64,000 nt of DNA from an uncultured Chloroflexia bacterium (GTDB taxonomy: Bacteria; Chloroflexota; Anaerolineae; Anaerolineales; UBA4823). The notes beneath the pieces are model-generated. The model saw only the letters and a list, made by a program, of their open reading frames with translations, did not search any database and was not told the origin of the DNA. Positions 18,204-29,055 of the stretch are shown here, in pieces. A program made the translations under genes and the position numbers. Within the stretch, counting starts at the first letter, position 1. Each line of letters opens with the position of its first letter. The DNA lies in NCBI GenBank assembly GCA_963706905.1, contig CAVPNY010000020.1, forward strand, positions 137,859-201,858. Reading direction: 5' to 3'.

Positions 18204-18410
18204 TCAGCTTGCAGATTGGCGGCGAAAAATAACAATCAGGCTCAGAATGAGCAGCACAAAGCCAGCCGGGGTCAATAGCGCGTATATGATCCAGTTGGTG
18301 GGGAAGATCAGGTCCAGGGAGATAGCTATTGTGTATACGATGTTGGCTGTCAGAGGCATAGCCAGCAGGGGCAGATAACGATGAATGGGGAGATTACCCT
18401 GAAAGGTCAT
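18204..18410 (-). CDS. small membrane protein
   Basis: 68 aa with two hydrophobic helices. Its ATG overlaps the upstream stop (ATGA coupling). Confidence 0.45.
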   Translation of the reverse strand: MTFQGNLPIHRYLPLLAMPLTANIVYTIAISLDLIFPTNWIIYALLTPAGFVLLILSLIVIFRRQSAS

Positions 18411-19192
18411 GTCGAGGCTTGAGTTGGACTGATCGCCCGATTTCTACGCAGAGCTATGTATACGAATATCAGGAATACAGGCAAAATCGCCAGCGATAAA
18501 GGATTGATTGGGACAGTGATCATCAAGAAATAGATTGCCAGCACTATTATGCTCGGGATCGTCATCCATGTCGGTGGTTGAAAGCCTTCGGGAGAGATCG
18601 TGCGGTCAGCGACCCAATACGCCAGAATCACCAGCAGGCTGGCGACCCAAGTAAAGAGCATGAAATCAAGTGGCTTGGTGATAAATTCGGGAGTCTCAAG
18701 CTGCCAAAAGATGGCCCAAAAGCCCCAGAAGGCGCCCAGTCCAACGGCAATCCCTAGGGATTGGGTCATTTTCGAATGATGGTATCCACGCCGCATCAGG
18801 TACCAGCCGAAGCATACGCTGATCAGGGAATGCCAGGCGAGACCTGTCCAGGAGATCTGCAGTGGAAAAGAATCATACATGGTCTGAACCAGCACACCCT
18901 CGGCGAGCCAGCCGTACAAGGCGCCGGTGATAAATAGAGCGGGCAGACTGGCTACGTGAAATTGATGAACCACAGACAAGAATAAGAACGATAATAAGGA
19001 GTAAGCCAGCCAGGTGAACAGCCAGCCAAGCACATGATCTTCTTCTGGACGGTAACGCGCCCAGAAGACTAGCTCCGAGTAGAACATCAATATGAAACCG
19101 GTAGCGAATACGTGGATAAGAAGGCGCAATTGTTTACGCATATTATCCATTCTCTGATCGCAAGAGCTGCCAGGCTCCATAAGCCTGGACAA
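18407..19192 (-). CDS. multi-TM membrane protein, unknown function
   Basis: About 7 hydrophobic segments. The likely start is internal (ATG 19150 or 19141), next to the upstream stop. Confidence 0.6.
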   Translation of the reverse strand: MSRLMEPGSSCDQRMDNMRKQLRLLIHVFATGFILMFYSELVFWARYRPEEDHVLGWLFTWLAYSLLSFLFLSVVHQFHVASLPALFITGALYGWLAEGVLVQTMYDSFPLQISWTGLAWHSLISVCFGWYLMRRGYHHSKMTQSLGIAVGLGAFWGFWAIFWQLETPEFITKPLDFMLFTWVASLLVILAYWVADRTISPEGFQPPTWMTIPSIIVLAIYFLMITVPINPLSLAILPVFLIFVYIALRRNRAISPTQAST

Positions 19193-19829
19193 ACATGGTC
19201 AGGATGGCAGCGTAGACGATCACTTTCTGTCCGGTGGCCTGGATGAGCATTCCCTGGGGAGATGTAAAATCTGGCCCGTTAAACAACAGCCAGATATATC
19301 CAGCCAGCAGGATGGCGAAGGCCAGGTACGTCCAGGCGTAGACATTCGGGTAATGTGGAGTGAGCAAGACGGCTGGTAGATAGAAGATCACCGCAATGAA
19401 GAAGAAGATAAAAGCCACCTGGACGAAGTTCCCATGCAGGCTGAGGTACAAATCAGCCGGGCTCATGGCAACTCCGATGAAGCTGAGCCCGGATATTATG
19501 CCAAAGATAGAGCCGATAATGCTCAATCCATAGGCCAGGCGGCGCTTTTTAAACAGGGGCGGAGCAAAAAGGAAGAAGAGCACTAGCGCCACCCCGGCCA
19601 GTGTCAAGGCGATGACAAATAACAAGAAGGAGATTGTTTTAGGGCCACCGGAAAAAGTTTGGGAAAGCCCTAAATCGCTAAAGAAATTGCGAAAGAACTG
19701 GTAACCTTGAGCGGAAGGCTCCTGGTAAGTGCCTCCTGGATAGGCAAGCATAGCCAGGAAGGTTAAAAGGACGAATTGAGCACAACCAGCCATCGCCAGG
19801 GGAAAGACGTTCTTGGAGAAGCGGCGCAT
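19143..19829 (-). CDS. multi-TM membrane protein (DUF998-like)
   Basis: ATG 19829 is preceded by AGGAGG at 8 nt. N-terminus MRRFSKNVFPLAMAGCAQFVLLTFLAMLAYPGG.., about 6 TM. Confidence 0.65.
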   Translation of the reverse strand: MRRFSKNVFPLAMAGCAQFVLLTFLAMLAYPGGTYQEPSAQGYQFFRNFFSDLGLSQTFSGGPKTISFLLFVIALTLAGVALVLFFLFAPPLFKKRRLAYGLSIIGSIFGIISGLSFIGVAMSPADLYLSLHGNFVQVAFIFFFIAVIFYLPAVLLTPHYPNVYAWTYLAFAILLAGYIWLLFNGPDFTSPQGMLIQATGQKVIVYAAILTMFVQAYGAWQLLRSENG

Positions 19830-19939
19830 GGCAATATCCTCCTGGTGTGCGGAGATATTTCCGACACACCAGATCATTGTACCGCAGGATCAAATGGGGA
19901 GGAGTTGAGATTAAGCAAGCGAGTGACTTGTAGCAAACG

Positions 19940-19976
19940 CACAACGCCCCTCCCGGGATGAGGAAGAGGCGTTGTG
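19940..19976 (-). terminator. hairpin 3' of the PKD-repeat gene
   Basis: 9-bp stem, CACAACGCC (19940-19948) / GGCGTTGTG (19968-19976), with a 19-nt loop and no clear T-run. Confidence 0.3.
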
Positions 19977-20073
19977 ATTATTTATCAGGCTGAGGAGCGC
20001 AGCAGTGATTGGCCAAGGGGTGATTGACAATAAAAATGTAGGTCAATCGTCTGGCAGCTCTCAACGGTTTGAA

Positions 20074-23000
20074 TCAGCGGCTGGAATTCCAGATCTTATT
20101 CATTAACGGAAGGTAGACAGGAGCGACAGGTGGCGGCAGCTCATCGGAGATGCTTACACTGGCCGAGTCGGAACCGCTACCGCCATCGTCATCAGTAACT
20201 GTCACCGTGATCATGTACTCGCCTTGGACGGAATAAGTGTAACTCGCAATACAGGCATTATTGCTGATTACACCATCGCTGATTGTGCTATCACCCCAGT
20301 TCACCTCACAGACTAGGGTGTCATTAATGCCAGGATCAGAAATTGGAACGTCCAATTCGACAACCTCGCCTACCTGGAAAATTGGATTGCCAACCAACCC
20401 ATCCATGGTAACGACTGGCGGGCGGTTGTTGATGGTGATAGTTGCTGTGTCCGAAACGGGCGGATTGTGACCATCATCCAGAGTCAGGGTCAGGGAGAAC
20501 TCACCATCATCGGTGCAGAAAAAGGAGGTTGCAGGAGCGGCAGGGTTACCAAAGGTGCAGGTTGTTCCGAATTCGACTCCTTCTCCAGGGGTGTAAGCCC
20601 AGGCAATTGTCAGCGGATCTCCTTCTGGGTCGCTGGATGATCCGGCAAGGTTGATTGCCTGGCCTTCGTCGCCAGTATAGGGGCCGCCAGCCTCTGCAGT
20701 GGGCGGGTCGTTGGGGATGGGGTTGATCCTAATTGATGCGCTGTCGCTGCCAGAATGCCCATCATCATCCAGAACTGTGACAGTGAGGCTGATATCACCA
20801 GGGGCGCTGTAAGCATGACTGGCTGTGCAGGTTCCGACAGCAACCACGCCATCGGAGGTTGTCCCATCTCCCCAGGCTATTTCGCAAGTATGAGTATCGT
20901 TGCTGCCGTCATCATTGAACGTGGCGGATAGGTTAACTATCTCTTCCTCGGTGAATGCACTCCCGTCCGCCGGAGCGGTCAGGGTGGCGACCGGAGCGCG
21001 GTTGCTGATGGTTCAGCGTGGCGCTGGCGGTGACCGGCGGGTTCATGCCGTCATCTACGGTCAGGTTAATGGTGTAGCTGCCATCATCTGTACAGGAGAT
21101 ACTGGTTGCAGTTGCAGAGGCATCTGCGAAGGTGCAGATTGCGCCGGAATCTACATCCGGAACGGGGGTGTAGGACCAGGCATAGGTGAGTGGGTCGGCC
21201 TCAGGGTCAGAGGCTGAGCCGGAGATACTGACATCCGAGCCTTCAACGCCGGTATAAGGTCCGCCAGCCTCTACCGCAGGAGCATTGTTCAGAATGGTGA
21301 TGACAATGGTTGCGGAATTTGAGCCGCCATCATCATCAGTAACTGTAACCGTCAGGCTGTATTCACCCGGAGCGGTGTAAGCATGGCCGGCAGTGCAATC
21401 ATCTCCTGCCACATTTCCAGGCAAGCCTGTTCCATCGCCCCAGTCGATCTGGCAGTTCAGGGTATCGTTATCACCGGCGTCCTCAATCCGTGCGCTGATG
21501 TCGACCTGTTGGCCCTGGTCGAAGGAAGCGCCGTCTGATGGAGCCGTTATGTTGAGAGTGGGCTCCAGGTTTCCCAGGAAAATGGTTGTGTCGTCACTGA
21601 CTGGTGGATTGGTGCCGTCATCTACAGTCAGCGCCAGGGTGAAAAGCCCGTTGTCCGTGCAAGAGAAAGTGGTGTCCGGGGCAGCGGCGTCGGCAAAGGA
21701 GCAGGTTGCCCCAGAATCGACACCTGGGCCGGGGGCGAAAGACCAGGTAACAGTCAGGGAATCACCTTCCAGATCGGAGGCCGTCCCATCCAGGCTCACC
21801 GAAAAGCCTTCGTCGCCGGTGTAGGGACCACCCGTGTCCACAGTCGGCGGGTCGTTGAAGACGGTGATGCCAACCATTTTGGAGGCAGATCCACCATCGT
21901 CGTCTGTCACGGTGACGGTGATGGTGAAATCGCCAAGCGTGTCATAGACATGCGAGGCGGTGCAGACGCCAGCGACGATGACCCCTGCGCTGGTGGTTCC
22001 GTCGCCCCAGTCAACGGTGCAGGTCAGGTTGTCATTGCCTGCATCGCTGACCTCAGCAGAGACGTCCACCTGGTCGCCTTCGCGGAGGGATGCGCCTTCA
22101 GATGGAGCAGTGATCGTTACGCTCGGGTCAGCCTCGCTCAGAGTGAGGGTCGCGGAGCTGGCGACGGGCGGGTTGATGCCGTCATCCACGCTCAGAGTCA
22201 GGCTAAACTCACCAGCGTCGGTGCAGGAGACGGTCGTATCCAGTGCAGCGGCGTCTGCAAAGGCGCAGGTCGTACCGGGGTCAACGTCTGGACCAGGGGT
22301 ATAAGACCAGGCGGAGGTGAGCGGGTCGCCTTCGGGGTCCGAAGCTGAGCCGGAGATACTGACATCCGAGCCTTCATCGCCGGTGTAGGGGCCGCCTGTG
22401 GACGCAGATGGCGGGTCGTTGAAGACGTTAATGCCAACCATTTTAGATGTAGAGCCACCGTCATCGTCTGTCACGGTGACGGTGATGGTGTAGTCGCCAG
22501 GCGTGTCAAAGACATGCGTGGCGGTGCAGACGCCAGCGACGATGACGCCTGCGGTGGTGATGCCGTCGCCCCAATCGACGGTGCAGGTCAGGTTGTCATT
22601 GCCTGCATCGCTGACCTCAGCGGAGACGTCCACCTGTTCACCTTCGCGGAAGGAAGCGCCATCAGAAGGGGCAGTGATATTCACACTCGGGTTGGTCTCA
22701 CTCAGGGTGAGGGTCGTTGAGCTGGCGACGGGCGGGTTGATGCCGTCATCCACGCTCAGGGTCAGGCTAAACTGGCCAGCATCGGTGCAGGAGACAGTCG
22801 TATCCAGGGCAGCGGCGTCGGAAAAGGTGCAGGTTGTGCCGGGGTCAACGTCTGGACCAGGGGTATATGACCAGGCAGAAGTGAGCGGGTCGCCTTCGGG
22901 GTCAGAAGCTGAGCCGGAGATACTGACATCCGAGCCTTCATCGCTGGTGTAGGGACCGCCCGCCTCCGCAGTAGGCGGGTCGTTGAAGACGGTGATGCCG

Positions 23001-24808
23001 ACCATTTTGGAGGCAGATCCACCATCGTCGTCTGTCACGGTGACGGTGATGGTGTAGTCGCCAGGCGTGTCAAAGACATGCGAGGCGGTGCAGACGCCAG
23101 CGACGATGACCCCTGCGCTGGTGGTTCCGTCGCCCCAGTCAACGGTGCAGGTCAGGCTGTCATTGCCTAAATCGCTGACCTCGGCAGAGACGTCCACCTG
23201 TTCGCCTTCGCGAAAGGAAGCGCCGATAGATGGGGCAGTGATCGTCATATTCGGGTCAGCCTCGCTCAGGGTGAAGGTCGCGGAGCTGGCGACTGGCGGG
23301 TTGATGCCGTCATCCACGCTCAGGGTCAGGCTGAACTGGCCAGCATCGGTGCAGGAGACAGTCGTATCGAGGGCAGCGGCGTCGGAAAAGGTGCAGGTTG
23401 TGCCGGGGTCGACGTCTGGACCAGGGGTATATGACCAGGCAGAAGTGAGCGGGTCGCCTTCGGGGTCAGAAGCTGAGCCGGAGATACTGACATCCGAGCC
23501 TTCATCGCTGGTGTAGGGACCGCCCGCCTCCGCAGTAGGCGGGTCGTTGAAGACGGTGATGCCGACCATTTTGGAGGCAGATCCACCATCGTCGTCTGTC
23601 ACGGTGACGGTGATGGTGAAATCGCCAAGCTTGTCATAGACATGCGAGGCGGTGCAGACGCCAGCGACGATGACCCCTGCGCTGGTGGTTCCGTCGCCCC
23701 AGTCAACGGTGCAGGTCAGGCTGTCATTGCCTGAATCGCTGACCTCGGCAGAGACGTCCACCTGTTCGCCTTCGCGAAAGGAAGCGCCGATAGATGGGGC
23801 AGTGATCGTCACATTCGGGTCAGCCTCGCTCAGGGTGAAGGTCGCGGAGCTGGCGACTGGCGGGTTGATGCCGTCATCCACGCTCAGGGTCAGGCTGAAC
23901 TGGCCAGCATCGGTGCAGGAGACAGTCGTATCGAGGGCAGCGGAGTCGGCAAAGGCGCAGGTTGTACCAGGGTCGACACCTAAACCTGGCGTGTAAGACC
24001 AGGCGTAGGTAAGGAGGTCGCCATCGGGATCGGCAGATGTCCCATCCAGGTTAACATCGGAGCCTTCGATACCGGTATATGGGCCGCCGGCGCTAACCGT
24101 CGGTGGGTCATTGAGTTCGAAGTCGTAAGTAGTGTTGACTCCATTTATCCCGAGGGTCAGGGCATCCGTGTAGCCGGTGAAGGCCAGATTCCAGGATGAG
24201 CCAGCCGCAAACCGTACCGAGCCATTGTGACGCACGCCAGCATGGGGGTACCAGGATAAGAGCTGGGTTATGGTGCAGGGATTACTCTGTGTGCAGCGAT
24301 TACTGCCGAGGTTAATGGTGGCGTACCATTTGCCTGTCAGGGCATTCCAGGTATACCAGGTATCCTCCAAGACAGTACCAGTTCCAGCAGTCCGGAAGGG
24401 TTCGAATACCAGCCAGCCTTGATTCGAGCGATCCGGATCGACAATGTTGTAGTCCATCTCCAACTGCAGTGTCACAGTCCGGTTATTGCTCGGATCTGAA
24501 GAAGACCGGTAGGAGCTGTACTCAAGACGGGTCAGGGAGTCCAGGCGCGTGCTGGGAAAGCCTGTGGTTCCCAATGAATAGCCGCCATTATTGTTGGTTG
24601 TCAGCCGGGCGGAACCAAACCCCAATGGGGGCGTATCCGGCCCATCGGTGATCGCTCCAGAACCGGAGGGGGCAAACTGGTGGAATGACCAGTCGTCCAT
24701 GCTTGAAGGAGCGATCACAACTGTTGTGTCGGCCAATACCTGGTCGACCGTGCTAAAGAGCATGGCTATTACGATTAAAATCACAAAAATGGGGGTCAGC
24801 TTATTCAT
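20074..24808 (-). CDS. giant secreted PKD-domain repeat protein (7 bipartite modules, about 1577 aa) with one frameshift at about 21010
   Basis: Signal anchor (MNKLTPIFVILIVIAMLF), a 233-aa N-terminal domain, then modules of about 188 aa (NDPPTAEAGGPYT..WGDG..ASH.Y...G.Y.ITVTVTDDDGGS). The 1291-aa ORF leaves frame at CTGAAC[C]ATCAGCAACCGC (21010-21012). Removing one C gives LNISNRAPVATLTAPADGSAFTEEEIVNLSATFNDDGSNDTHTCEIAWGDGTTSDGVVAVGTCTASH.., which runs in frame into ORF 20074..20847. Confidence 0.85.
21857..24112. repeat. four near-identical 564-bp tandem units inside the PKD gene
   Basis: Module boundaries (AAC/AAT of NDPP) at 24112, 23548, 22984, 22420 and 21856. The antisense shadow ORFs 22503..22952 and 23067..23516 are identical over their last 80 or so residues. 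More diverged units continue down to about 20100. Confidence 0.85.
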
Positions 24809-25294
24809 TTGTGGTGTCCCTTTACAATCCGAATGAAATTTGAATAATCGACAACGATATGTCGGTAGGAAAACTTTCGGGGATTATAGTGAAAGGGAAC
24901 ACAAATATGCTTTGCAAACTTGTTTGAGAATGAGCAATTAAACTTGCATTCTTGAAAACTAAAAATCCAGTCTGGAAGGCAAATCTGCCTGCATAGAATT
25001 CCCCACAGGCACCTGGATAGTCTTAAAGAATATTCCCGCTGGTTGGATCCTGTAATTCCTCCAGAACCGGAACCGCGGGAGATGTGATGGGCTTCGTATC
25101 CCTTGCCGGGCTGGCCAGCAGGAGGCGAAGTAATCCCATTAAAACTTTAAAGTCCGGAGACTATTTTCGCCAGTGTATGCTGCACAAAAGCCACCAGTAG
25201 GATCCAAAACGCATATGAAGTAAACTCAGCATAAGCCTCACCGAGCAATCTTGCTATTGCGATTTTGTGATGAGTTCAGCGAAACAAGGAGAGA

Positions 25295-25717
25295 TTAAGC
25301 GGAAGCCAGCTCCGGTTGGCGGAGCAGGCTCACTGCGGTAAGGATGGCAATAAAATTGGTCGGAATCTGGAAGTACAGGATTGCCAGGAGGTTATCCACT
25401 GAGGAGAGGTAACCTTGAGTAAGGAAGTGTAAAGGCAGGAAGATCAAGGGTGTCCAAAGCAGGGAAAGCAGGTAAACAGCGCTGATCTCACCCCAGCCAA
25501 CCAGGCGGAGATGGGCCAGTGCAGGCCGGCTGATTACCTGGTACCAGGAGGTGAAACCCAGGATTAATGCCACCACCGCGATCGGCGCTTGGACGACCAA
25601 CTGGTCGACTGGCCAGGTGACGCGCAGCAGGTGGTAGAAGCCGAACCCGACCAGGATCGAGACCAGGCAGCCCACCGCTAATACAAAACTATGCAAGCCA
25701 ATCCGCAAGGTTCTCAT
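25295..25717 (-). CDS. four-TM membrane protein, unknown function
   Basis: 140-aa hydrophobic ORF. Confidence 0.55.
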   Translation of the reverse strand: MRTLRIGLHSFVLAVGCLVSILVGFGFYHLLRVTWPVDQLVVQAPIAVVALILGFTSWYQVISRPALAHLRLVGWGEISAVYLLSLLWTPLIFLPLHFLTQGYLSSVDNLLAILYFQIPTNFIAILTAVSLLRQPELASA

Positions 25718-25863
25718 CGCAACGCTCCTTCCAATGTCGCAACTAAGCAGAACACCCTCCTCAATGAATAACGAATCGAGACCGGTTTTGTTTCACCTGG
25801 AAACGGGTTGGGATGCAGGATCTGCTGCATCATGGTTCTTTTTGGATGTGGTATGAATTAACT

Positions 25864-25896
25864 GAAAAAAGTGACCGGCCAATCAAGGCCGGTCAC
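25864..25896 (-). terminator. rho-independent terminator of gene 25935..26330
   Basis: GTGACCGGCC (25871-25880) / GGCCGGTCAC (25887-25896), followed on the minus strand by TTTTTT. Confidence 0.6.
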
Positions 25897-25934
25897 CGAT
25901 CATCTGCTGTATGGTGTGAAGGGATGGAACTGTT

Positions 25935-26330
25935 CTATTTGGCCTCCGTGTCGAACTCCTTGCGCACGCCGGGCAGCAGGCAGTAGATCAAGATCACCGC
26001 GTTGATCAATACAGAAGGCAGCATAGCAGCCCAGGGTGAGCCGCCCAGCCAGGATACAAAGTCCAGGATCAGGTTAATGATGGCAAGTATCACCAGGAAC
26101 ATCCAGGCCTGCGGGTTGACGCTCCACAGCATGCGCACCAGCCAGATGTAGATGAGAGCCATGATCCCCCAAAGGATAGCGCCAAGTAAGTTAAAAGTGA
26201 AAAACCGCAGTGGGCCTAGCGATAGCGGTAGCAAGTGTAGCATCTGCAGCGTATGGAAGATCGCCACAGCTGCTGCCAGGCCAGCCAGGATGGCAAGCAG
26301 GGTGACCCCAAAAGGACGATTTTTGTACAT
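25935..26330 (-). CDS. four-TM membrane protein, unknown function
   Basis: ATG 26330 (MYKNRPFGVTLLAILAGLAAAV..) is preceded by GAGAGGAG. The ORF-track extension to 26399 is unlikely. Confidence 0.6.
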   Translation of the reverse strand: MYKNRPFGVTLLAILAGLAAAVAIFHTLQMLHLLPLSLGPLRFFTFNLLGAILWGIMALIYIWLVRMLWSVNPQAWMFLVILAIINLILDFVSWLGGSPWAAMLPSVLINAVILIYCLLPGVRKEFDTEAK

Positions 26331-26533
26331 ATAGAAACTCCTCTCAAGTGATTTATTTTGCCCAGGTTTGGACGTTTTGTTTGGATGATTCACACGCACG
26401 GAACCAGGTGTGACTCCTCCCCATGAAACAACCTGTAAGCGATTGATTCGCTTTTGGTTATGATCTTTATAACCCGGATCAGTTCGAAAAGTTACAAGGA
26501 TCAGAGAAGGTCATTCAATTTGTGAAATCCTAG

Positions 26534-27048
26534 TTACACGACCAGATAGACCAAGGCGGCAAACCCAGCTGTGATCAGCGCGCCGACCAGACAGAATACC
26601 ACGCCAATCAGGAAACCATGGAAGTGAAAGGCATAATCCTTGTAGCCAGCCATTCCCTCTGTATCGGGCAGTATGATCATCCTGGGCTGGATGGTATTAA
26701 AGATCAGCCAGTCCAGGATAAGTAAATCGAAGATATTAAACACCAGCAATGTAGTGAAAGCAGATAAGAAAATTGCCCAAAAGGGTGGCTCGCCTAACAA
26801 TCTGCTCAACTGGATAATCGACAGGAGCAACACGCCAACCAGGAAGATCAGGAAGCCAGACTGGCGATGCTTTTATGACGTTTTGTATTGCTCCTCACAG
26901 GAGTATATGCAGCTTTGATGTCTGGGGGGTAATCACCAATCCAGATCTCCGGGTCAATCGAAAAGCTGATCAGGATGGTCAGACCCAACAAAAAACTGAC
27001 CACAAGACCATATAGCAGGCTATTTTGCAGGACGAGTGAGATTTCCAT
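26534..27048 (-). CDS. membrane protein split by a homopolymer frameshift
   Basis: ORFs 26848..27048 and 26534..26833 join if the minus-strand A4 run (plus TTTT, 26871-26874) is read as A5. That gives ..SNTKRHKKHRQSGFLIFLVGVLLLSIIQ.., a basic loop followed by a TM helix. Confidence 0.55.
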
Positions 27049-27139
27049 AAAGCTTTCCTCATCTACAAGTGATTATCGCAGTGGTCCGAGCGGATTATCC
27101 TTGATTCACCGCCAATAACGAAGGAGTATAATACAGCCC

Positions 27140-28018
27140 GTGGGTCTCAACGTCATCATCATCGTGATCATCTCCACGTTCATGCACGCAGGGTGGAATT
27201 TACTGGCCCGCTATGACCGGGCCGAAGGCGATTTTTACCGCAAGATGCTGATAATTACTGCACTGGTCGGGGCTATCCCAGTGCTGGTAGCAGAGCTGCG
27301 CTTGCAAGCCATGACACCCCTGGCCTGGGCTTGCGTGTTCGGCTCGGGTATTTGTGCGGCTTTTTACCTGTTCGGGCTGGCCAAAGCCTTCGGCTCCTCC
27401 GATTTTACCATTGTGTACCCGGTGGCGCGCGCCCTGCCGGTGATTTTTATTGCGTTTATTGATGTTGCCCGTGGCCGTCCTCTGACCACCATCGGCTGGA
27501 TCGGTATTTTACTTGTCACTGGGGGGGTTTTGCTGGCGCCGCTGCGATCCTTTGGTGATTTTCACCTGAGCAATTACTATAACCGCACCTCTTTGTGGAT
27601 GATCCTGGCTGCCCTGGGTACGGTGGGGTACACCTTCCTGGACAAGGTGGCGGCTGAAGTGGTCATGTCTGGTGCAGTTACGGCAGCCATTTACTGCTAT
27701 ATCTACTTTGCCATCTCCTACCCACCCTACGAAGGGTTGTTTCGCCTGGGTAAATTGGAACGCGGTAGCGGCCAGCGCGCTTTTTGGGTACGGGCTTTTT
27801 TTGCAGCCCTCATGGGTTTCGGAGCTTACTGGCTGATCCTGTGGGCGTACCAGCTCAGCCCCTATGCCAGCTACATCGTGGCTTTTCGCCAGTTCAGCAT
27901 CGTGATCGGGACAGTCATCGCCTTCCTGTATTATAAAGAGGGCGGGGTGGTAGTACGGCTGACCGGGGCTTTATTGATCACTTGTGGGATGGTGCTGATC
28001 GCGGGTTGGGGGCGTTAA
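27140..28018 (+). CDS. DMT/EamA-superfamily transporter
   Basis: 292 aa, about 10 TM, N-terminal FMHAGWNLLAR motif. GTG start. Confidence 0.7.
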   Translation: MGLNVIIIVIISTFMHAGWNLLARYDRAEGDFYRKMLIITALVGAIPVLVAELRLQAMTPLAWACVFGSGICAAFYLFGLAKAFGSSDFTIVYPVARALPVIFIAFIDVARGRPLTTIGWIGILLVTGGVLLAPLRSFGDFHLSNYYNRTSLWMILAALGTVGYTFLDKVAAEVVMSGAVTAAIYCYIYFAISYPPYEGLFRLGKLERGSGQRAFWVRAFFAALMGFGAYWLILWAYQLSPYASYIVAFRQFSIVIGTVIAFLYYKEGGVVVRLTGALLITCGMVLIAGWGR

Positions 28019-28058
28019 GGCACTCAATTAGAAGTTGTAAGTGGAAAGTAGTCAAGTA

Positions 28059-29042
28059 TCAGACAAAATTCCTTAATATCAGATAGCCAAGTCCACCGAG
28101 GGCAGCGGTAACCGGGATGGTGATCAACCAGGCTACGCCGATCTGACCTGCCAGAGTCCAGCGAACTTTGTTGGCGCGCTCGGCTGCACCAGCCCCGACG
28201 ATGCTGGAGGAGATCACCTGCGTCGTGCTGACTGGTCCGCCCAACAGGGCTGCGCCCAGAATTACAATGGTGCTGGCGATCTGGGAAGAGAAAGCGTGGG
28301 ATGGTCGCACCTTGTAGAATCCGGCTCCCATGGTCTTGATCAGCCGCCAGCCGCCCAGGGCTGTCCCCAGGGCGATGGCAGCCGCGCTGGCAAAGATAAC
28401 CCAGGTTGGTACATAGAAATACGGAATCACTTCAAAGGCAACCAGCCCCATTGCCATAATGCCCATGGTTTTTTGGGCATCGTTGGTGCCGTGACTTAGC
28501 CCCAGCGTAGCAGAGGTGACCCACTGGCCTTTCAGGAAGATCTGGTTGACCTTGGGAGTGGAATACTGGCCGATAGTCAACACCAGGCTCATCACCAGCC
28601 AGCCGAATAACAATCCCAGGATGGGCGAGAGGAACAAGGCGATCAGGACTTTGATCAAGCCTTCTGGGATAATCACACTGAGGCCGTAGCCGGTGACCGC
28701 CGCGCCGACGAAACCGCCGATCAGGGCATGTGAGGAGCTGGAAGGGATGCCGAAGAACCAGGTCAGCAGGTTCCAGATAATGGCGGAGAACAGCGCGGCC
28801 ATCGCCACCGGGATGGTAAGCGCCTCTTCGCTGATCACTTCACTGCCGATGGTGGTGGCGACGGCAACGCCAAACAGGAAGGGTCCGATCAGGTTGGTCA
28901 GGGCGGTCATCGCCAAGGCAACCCGTGGCGGCATGGCTCGTGAAGCGATAACCGTGGCGACTACATTAGCGGAATCGTGAAAACCGTTGAGGAAATCGAA
29001 GGTTAGAGCGGTAGCGATGAAGATCAGCAGGGCGATGTCCAC
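28059..29042 (-). CDS. inorganic phosphate transporter, PiT family
   Basis: FDFLNGFHDSANVVATVIASRAM and the second-half repeat LSHGTNDAQKTMGIM. 327 aa. Confidence 0.85.
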   Translation of the reverse strand: MDIALLIFIATALTFDFLNGFHDSANVVATVIASRAMPPRVALAMTALTNLIGPFLFGVAVATTIGSEVISEEALTIPVAMAALFSAIIWNLLTWFFGIPSSSSHALIGGFVGAAVTGYGLSVIIPEGLIKVLIALFLSPILGLLFGWLVMSLVLTIGQYSTPKVNQIFLKGQWVTSATLGLSHGTNDAQKTMGIMAMGLVAFEVIPYFYVPTWVIFASAAAIALGTALGGWRLIKTMGAGFYKVRPSHAFSSQIASTIVILGAALLGGPVSTTQVISSSIVGAGAAERANKVRWTLAGQIGVAWLITIPVTAALGGLGYLILRNFV

Positions 29043-29055
29043 GTAATCTTATCCT

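Noticed and set aside
17924-18235. 103-aa ORF downstream of the membrane-protein operon
   Set aside because: It has no SD and no recognisable features, and it lies in the short gap upstream of the PP2C gene. Treated as non-coding.
21393-23996. Plus-strand ORFs of 110-150 aa inside the PKD gene (e.g. 22503..22952, 23067..23516, 23652..23996)
   Set aside because: They are antisense shadow ORFs of a GC-rich repetitive gene. They recur with the 564-bp period, and the minus-strand frame carries clear PKD motifs.
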